Shown here: positions 57,725 to 64,000 of the stretch, piece after piece | How the letters are laid out: each line of letters begins with the position of its first letter | Position numbering within the stretch: the stretch's first letter is position 1 | Assembly: GCF_009914755.1 (NCBI RefSeq) | Contig: NC_060937.1 | Length of the DNA: 64,000 nucleotides | Direction: 5' to 3' (one strand) | Source of the DNA: the human T2T-CHM13v2.0 reference genome, Homo sapiens | Made by a program: the position numbers and the translations under genes | Notes under the pieces: generated by a model | What the model was told of the DNA's origin: nothing | The model's database searches: none | Seen by the model: the letters and a program-made list of their open reading frames with translations, nothing else

Positions 57725-60700
57725 TTCAAAACTAAGCATCATGTATGCCTTATGGTAATCACAAAGAAAAAAGCCACAATGGATACATGAACAAGAAAGA
57801 GAAAGAAATAAAAGCTTAGCACTATAGCAAAACACCAAACACAAAATGTACACAACAAAGAAAGAAAGGAACAAAAAGATTTACAAAACAACTAGAAAAC
57901 AACAAAATGGCGGGACTAAATTCTTACTTATAAATAATAACCTTAAATGGAAATGGATTAAACTCTGCAACCAAAACACATAAAGTGACCAGGATAGTAA
58001 GAAAAAAAGAATACATGTGAAAACAGTGAGATGCCATTTTCTATAGACAGTGTTAAACTAACAAAAACTATGCTTTAATGTTAATAACCAATTCTGCCAA
58101 GAGTTGAAAAATAAAAGAAAGAGTTGAAAAATTAAAGAAAAAATAATAATATCCAACTATATGCTGCCTACAAGAGATCTAGCTTAGCTTTAAGGACACA
58201 CATAGGCTGAAAGTGAAGGGATAGAAGAAGATACTCCATGTAAACAGTAACAAAAGAGCAAGAGTAGTTATACTTACATCAGGTAAAATAGACTAAGTCA
58301 AAAATTGGCAAAAAGAGACAAAGAAGGTCATTATTTAATGATAAAGGGGTCAACTTATCAATAGGACATAACAATTGTAAATATATATGCATCCAACATC
58401 AGAACCTAAATATAAAAAGGAAAAAGAAACATTAATGAACATGAGAGGAGAGATAGATAGCAAATACAATTGTAGTATGAAACTTCCCCACTTTCAAAAA
58501 TGGATAGATCAACCAGACAGAAAGTTAACAACAAAATATTTACATCAACTGCATTTTACACCAAATAAACCTAACGGACATATATAGAACTTGCCATCCG
58601 ATAGCAATAGGATTTACATTCTTCTCTGGCTCAGATGGAACATTCCCCAGGATATACCATATGTTAGATCATAAGACTAGTCTTAAAAAATTCAAAAAGA
58701 TTCAAATAACATCTGGTATTGTTTCTCATCACAATGATATAAAACTAGAAATCAATAACCACAGGAGGAATCTTAGAAAATTTACAAATATGTGGAAATC
58801 AAATATGCTCCTGAACAATCAATTGGTCAAGGAATAAATCAAAAGGGAAATTTAAAAATATCTTGAGACATATAACAATGGAATCACAACTTAACAAAAC
58901 CTATGGGATGTAGCAAAAGCAGTTCTAAACAGGAAGTTTACAGCAATAAATGCCTACCTTAAAAAAGAAGAATGTTTCCAAGTAAATAGCCTACAATTAT
59001 GCCTCAAGGAGATTTTAAAATAAAAAAAGAACAAACTAAACTCAGAGTAGCAGAAGGAATAAAATAATAAAAATCAGAACAGAAATAAATCAAATAAAGA
59101 AAAATAGAAAACATAATAAAAGCAGGATTATTTTTTAAAACATAAACAAAATTGACAAACCTCCAGCTAGACTAAATACAATGCAATAAAGACTCAAATA
59201 AATGAAATCAGAAGTAAAAGTAAAGATATTACAACAGAGATGTCTCAGAAATTAAACAGATCATAAGAGACTGTTATAAACAATCATATGGCAAAAAGAT
59301 GAATGATCTAAAAAAAATGAATAAATTGCTAGAAAAATATAGCCTACCAAGATTGAATCAGGAAGAAACAGAAAGCTTGAACAGGCCAATAAAAAAAATA
59401 AAGACACTGAAGTAGTAATTAGAAATCTTCCAAAGAAGAAAAGCCCAATATTAGATGGCTTCATAGCTGAATTCTACCAAACATTTAAAAAGAAGTATTA
59501 CCAATACTTTATTAAACTTTTACTTAAGAAATAGAGCTAGAGGAAACATATACAAACATGTTTTACAAGGCCAAGATCACCTTGATAACACCAAAGCCAG
59601 ACTAAGACACTGCAAAAAGAGAAAACTACAGGCTAATACGTCTGATGAAACTTGGTGCAAAAATCCTCAATGAAATACTATGAAACCAAATTTAATAATA
59701 CATCAAAAATAATATACATCATGACCAACTGAGATTTATCCCAGGTGTGCAAGTCTGGTTTAACATATGCAGATCAATCAATGTGATATGTCACATTAAC
59801 AGAATAACATAAAATTCATAGGATCATCTCAACTGACAGAAAAAGCATTTGACAAAGTTCAGTATCCTTTCTTGATAAAAAACTTTTAACAGTTTAGGTA
59901 TAGAAGGAAAATTTCTCAACATAATAAAGTTCATTTTTGAAATACAGCTTAAATCCAAATAAATGGGAAATAACTGAAAGCTTTTCTGCTAAGACCCACT
60001 ACAAGGTAGGGATGCCCACTCTTGCCACATTTATTCAACACAGTACTGAAAGTACCAGCCAGAGGAATTAGGCAAGAAAAAAAAAAAAGACATCCATGTA
60101 GGAAATGAAAAAAGCAAAATTGTCTTTGATGCTGATGACATCATCTTATACACAGAAAATTCTAAAAACTCCATCCCCCAAAAAAGTTAAGATTGATAGA
60201 TAAATTCAATACAGTTGTAGGTTATAAAAACAACATACAAAAATCAGTAACATTTCTATACACCAACAATGAACAATCCAAAAAAAAATTAAGAAAACAA
60301 TCTCATTTACAATACCATCAAAAATAAAATAAAATAAAATACTGGGAGTAAAGTTAACCAAGGAGTTGAAAGATCTGTACACTGAAAGCTATAAAACATT
60401 AGTGGAAAAAATTGAAAAACACAAAAACTAAAAAGATATTCCATGTTTATGGACTGAAAGAATTAATATTGTTAAAATGTTCATATTACCTAAAGCAATC
60501 TAAAAATTCAATACAATTCCAATCAAAATTCCAATGGCATTTTTCACAGAAATAGAAAAATAAATCCTAAAAGTAATATGGAACAAGAAGAGACCTTTAA
60601 TACCAAAAGTAATCCTGAGCAAAAAGAACAAAGCTGGAAGCATCATGCTACCTGGATTTAAAATAGATTATAAATATATTGCAATCAAAACAGCATGATA

Positions 60701-62222
60701 CTGGCATAAGAACACACACATCAACCAAAAAAACAGTAGAGAAAGCAGGAAACTAAACACAACTGTTTACAGTCAATTGATTTTTTGAAAAACTATGCCA
60801 AGAGTACACAACAGGTAAAAGACAGTCTCTTCGATAAATAATGTTGGGAAAACTGGACATCCACAAGCAGAATAAAACCAGACCCTTACCTAACACTATA
60901 TACAAAACTCAACTCAAAATGGATAAAAGACTTAAATATAAGACTTAAGACTACAGCTACTAAAACAAAACATAGGGGAAATTCTCCCCAACATTGGTCT
61001 CGGCAATGACTTCTTGAATAGGATTGCAAAAGCACAGGCAACAAAAGCAAAATAGCCAAATCTAATTATATCAAACTGAAAAGCTTCTGTACCACAAAGA
61101 AAACAATAAAATGAAGAGATAGCTCACAAAAGGAGAGAAAATATTTGCAAACCATATATCTGGCATATCCAAAATAAATAACTCAAACAACTCAACAGGA
61201 AGAAAACAACCTAATTTAAAAATGGGCAAAGAATCTGAACAGACGTTTCTCAAAAGAAGAAATACAAATAGACAACAGATACATGAAAAAATGCTCAACA
61301 TCTCTAATCACCAGGGAAATGTAAATTAAAACCACAATGAGATGTCACCTCATACCTGTTAGAATGGCTGTTATAAAAAAAAAGAATAATAACAAGTGCT
61401 GACAAGAATGTGGAAAAAAGGGAACCCTGTACACTGTTGGTGGAAATGTAAATTAGTATAACCATTATGGAAAACAGCATGAAAGTTCCTCAAAAAAAAA
61501 AAAAATAGAACTACCAGGTGATATAGCAATTCCACTTCTTGGTATATATCCAAAGAAATTAAAATCAGTATTTAAAAGGGATATCTGCACTCCCGTGTTC
61601 ATTTCAGCATTATTCACAGTAGCAGAGCTATGGAAGCAATCTAAGTGTTCAGAAACGAATGGATAAAAAAGATTTTACGTATGTGTATATAGTGTTTGGG
61701 ATACTATATATGTACATACAGTGTTTGGGATACTACACAGCCTTAAAAAAAAAAAAAAGGAAATTCTGTCATTCACAACAGGGATGAATACAGCAAACAT
61801 TACGCTAAGTAAAATAAGCCAGGTACAGAAAGACAAATATTGTATTAGCCGCTTACATGTGGAATCTAAAACAGTTGCCCTCATAGAAACAGAGAGTAGA
61901 AGGTAGTTACCAGAGGCAAAAGGAGAGGCAAAGGGATGATCTTGATCAAAGGGGACAAAGCTTCAGTTACACTAGAGGAATAAATTTTGGGGATCTTTGC
62001 ACTGCATGGTGACCATGCTTAATAGTAACATATTACATATTTCAAAATAATTAAAAGACTAGATTTTTAATATTCTCACCACAAAAATAAGTTGGTGAGA
62101 TGATGTATACGTTAATTTGTTTGATTGAATGTTTCTATAATGTATATATAGATCAAAACATCACATTATTCCCCACAAATATACACAATTATTATTTGTC
62201 AATTTAAAAATTAAACTTAAAA
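57725..62222 (+). mobile_element. L1MA (L1MA4-like), from the inter-ORF region through decayed ORF2 to the 3'UTR
   Basis: EN start (ataaccttaaat..aatggattaaactct), RT motifs TR*GCPL (60001) and LSL-ADDIILY (60121), Cys-rich end, L1MA-type 3'UTR; many stops and frameshifts. Confidence 0.92.
57988..58104 (+). repeat. 117-bp direct copy of 56975-57091
   Basis: Identical apart from three substitutions (cacgtt/catgtg, tagcc/taacc). Confidence 0.95.
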
Positions 62223-62254
62223 AATTGTAAACCATGACCCTTTACCACTAAAAA

Positions 62255-62974
62255 CTGTAATGCATTTTTCACAGAAATAGAAAAAAAATCCTAAACTGTG
62301 TATGGAATCACAAAAAATCTGGAATAGCTGAAGTTGATACTGAGAAAGATAAAATTGAAGGCATCACACTTCCTGATTTAAAATTATACTACAAAGCTAT
62401 AATAATCAAAAGAGTTTGATGCTGGCATAAAAATAGAAACATGGATGAATGGAACAGAACAGAGAGCCCCAAAATAAGTCCAAACATACACAGTCAACTA
62501 ATTTTTGACAAGAGCACCAGTAGGACACAATGGAGAACGGATACTTTCATAACTATGGTTTGGGAAAAAATTCTTTTTCTGCATTCAAAAGAATAAAATT
62601 AGTCCCTCATCATACCTTATAAACAAAAATCAACTCAAAATGGGTAAAAGACCTAAATGTAAGACCTGAAACCAAAAAATTCCTAGTAGGGAACAGAGGG
62701 AGAATTCCTTAACATTGGACTTGACAATAATTCTTTGGCTATCACAACAAGAGCTTAGGCTACAAAAGAAAAAAATAAATGAATGGGACTACATCAAACT
62801 AAAACACTTCTGCATAACAAAGGAAACAATCATCAAAATGAAAAGGCAACCTATGAATTGGAAAAAATATTTGCAAACCACATATCTAATGAGGGGTTAA
62901 TATCCAAAATTTATGAAGAACACTTATAACTCAATAGCAGAAAAACAAATAACTCAATTAAAAAATAGACAAAG
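62255..62974 (+). mobile_element. Second, separate old L1 ORF2 fragment
   Basis: gcatttttcacagaaatagaaaaa...ggcatcacacttcctga...aaaatatttgcaaaccacatatc; covers the same ORF2 portion as ~60535-61230 but is clearly diverged from it. Confidence 0.85.
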
Positions 62975-64000
62975 GAGGATCATGGTGGATGGGAGGCAGG
63001 ACTAGATTTCAGCTCCCACTCAGATGGACAGAGTAGCATGTGGAGTCTCGCATCATGAATTTTTGCTCCAGAACTACTGCAGGAACAATTCAGGAAAGCC
63101 AAGAGAACCCACAGACGAGATTGCTCCTGCAGGACTTGGGAGACACACCAAATACTGTGAGTGCCCAAACTGTGGAAGTGGGAAAGGGGGACTGTCTGCC
63201 CCCAAACACACACCCTCACTTGGGAACTTGAAGGTCTAGATCATGGGAGAAGATTCTGACCTTACCTGGAGCTGAGTCAATTTAGAGAGCTGAGTGAAAT
63301 ACAGGAATAGAGGAAGTGGTGGGAAAAGCCCTTTGGGATCTCTGGGTTCCCAGGGAAGCCATTTCTGACTTGTCTCATAGGGCTACCTGGAGAGGGCTGT
63401 CAGTGGAACTGGGAAAAGGGCAAAGAGAGAAGAAAACTTCCAGCTGAACTTTGTAACAATTCCAACTGAATGAGAAGTCTCCTGGCCAGAACTCAGGGGA
63501 AGGCATAAATCTTGTGTGCAGACTCCACAGGTCGGGAAGCACAAAAGCCCCACTTGCTTTTGCAGCTGGGAGGCTGGTAGCCTGGGGCAAGTTCTCAGCC
63601 CTGCTCACCCACTGCCTGGAAACAGACTCAGTCCTGTTGTGGGGGGCATGGTGAGAGTGATAACTGCCTTCTGGGTTTTGTGGAAGCTGGGTGAGGCCTG
63701 TAACTGCCGACTTTCCCCCACTTCCCTGACACCTGCATGACACAGGAGAGGCAGCCATAATCCTCCTAGGAACATAACTCCATTGACCTCAGAACCACAC
63801 CCGCATCTGCCAGAGCAGCCACAGGAAGACCCGCCCAAGGCAAGACTGAGCTCAGACATGCCTAAGCCCTGCCCCCACCTGATGGTCCTTCCCTACCATC
63901 CCTGGTAGCTGAAGACAAAGGACATACACTCTTGGGAGTTCTAGGGCACAGCCCACCACCTGATTCTACCCATACTACCACAGCTGATGCTCTGCTGAAA
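62975..64000 (+). mobile_element. L1PB-type (L1PBa) 5'UTR, start of a probably long L1 nested in the older L1; continues past the window
   Basis: atggtggatgggaggcaggactagatttcagctcccactcagatggacagag...gaatttttgctccagaactactgcagg matches the recalled L1PB 5' end. Confidence 0.8.

Noticed and set aside
57900-61870. Possibly functional L1 ORF2 (EN and RT motifs visible)
   Set aside because: Numerous stops and frameshifts, no ORF above ~76 aa, and no ORF1 or promoter attached.
62980-63859. Overlapping 63-127 aa ORFs at the right end
   Set aside because: They lie within a GC-rich L1PB 5'UTR and have no coding signature.

Overview
AT-rich, repeat-dense primate DNA, very probably human, from an intergenic or deep-intronic region. 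I found no credible host protein-coding exon, RNA gene, CpG island or CRISPR array. Much of the window is transposable-element fossils. LINE-1: an old minus-strand 5' L1 (1-4173) interrupted by a 5'-truncated L1PA (714-2290); several short 3' L1 fragments; a ~4.5 kb L1MA-type ORF2/3'UTR (57725-62222); and an L1PB-type 5'UTR running off the right edge. Other elements: nine Alu or Alu-monomer copies, MIRs, L2s, MaLR and ERV1 solo LTRs, two MER1A copies with 8-bp TSDs, and an apparently full-length Tigger1 carrying two oppositely oriented Alus. The long ORFs in the track are either L1 ORF2 remnants or Alu/L1-UTR artefacts. The most notable observations are: a still-readable ancient CR1/L3 RT fragment (~7033-7275, candidate conserved or exapted element); a 117-bp ~97%-identical templated copy inserted 1 kb downstream of its source (56975-57091 to 57988-58104); a 106-bp hairpin and ~113-bp monomer array in the old L1 5'UTR; an L1PA insertion with no TSD; a twin-priming-type inverted old L1; and several speculative splice and enhancer motifs. 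I see no evidence for a new multi-gene biological system. Subfamily names come from recalled consensus sequences, and boundaries of old repeats are approximate.
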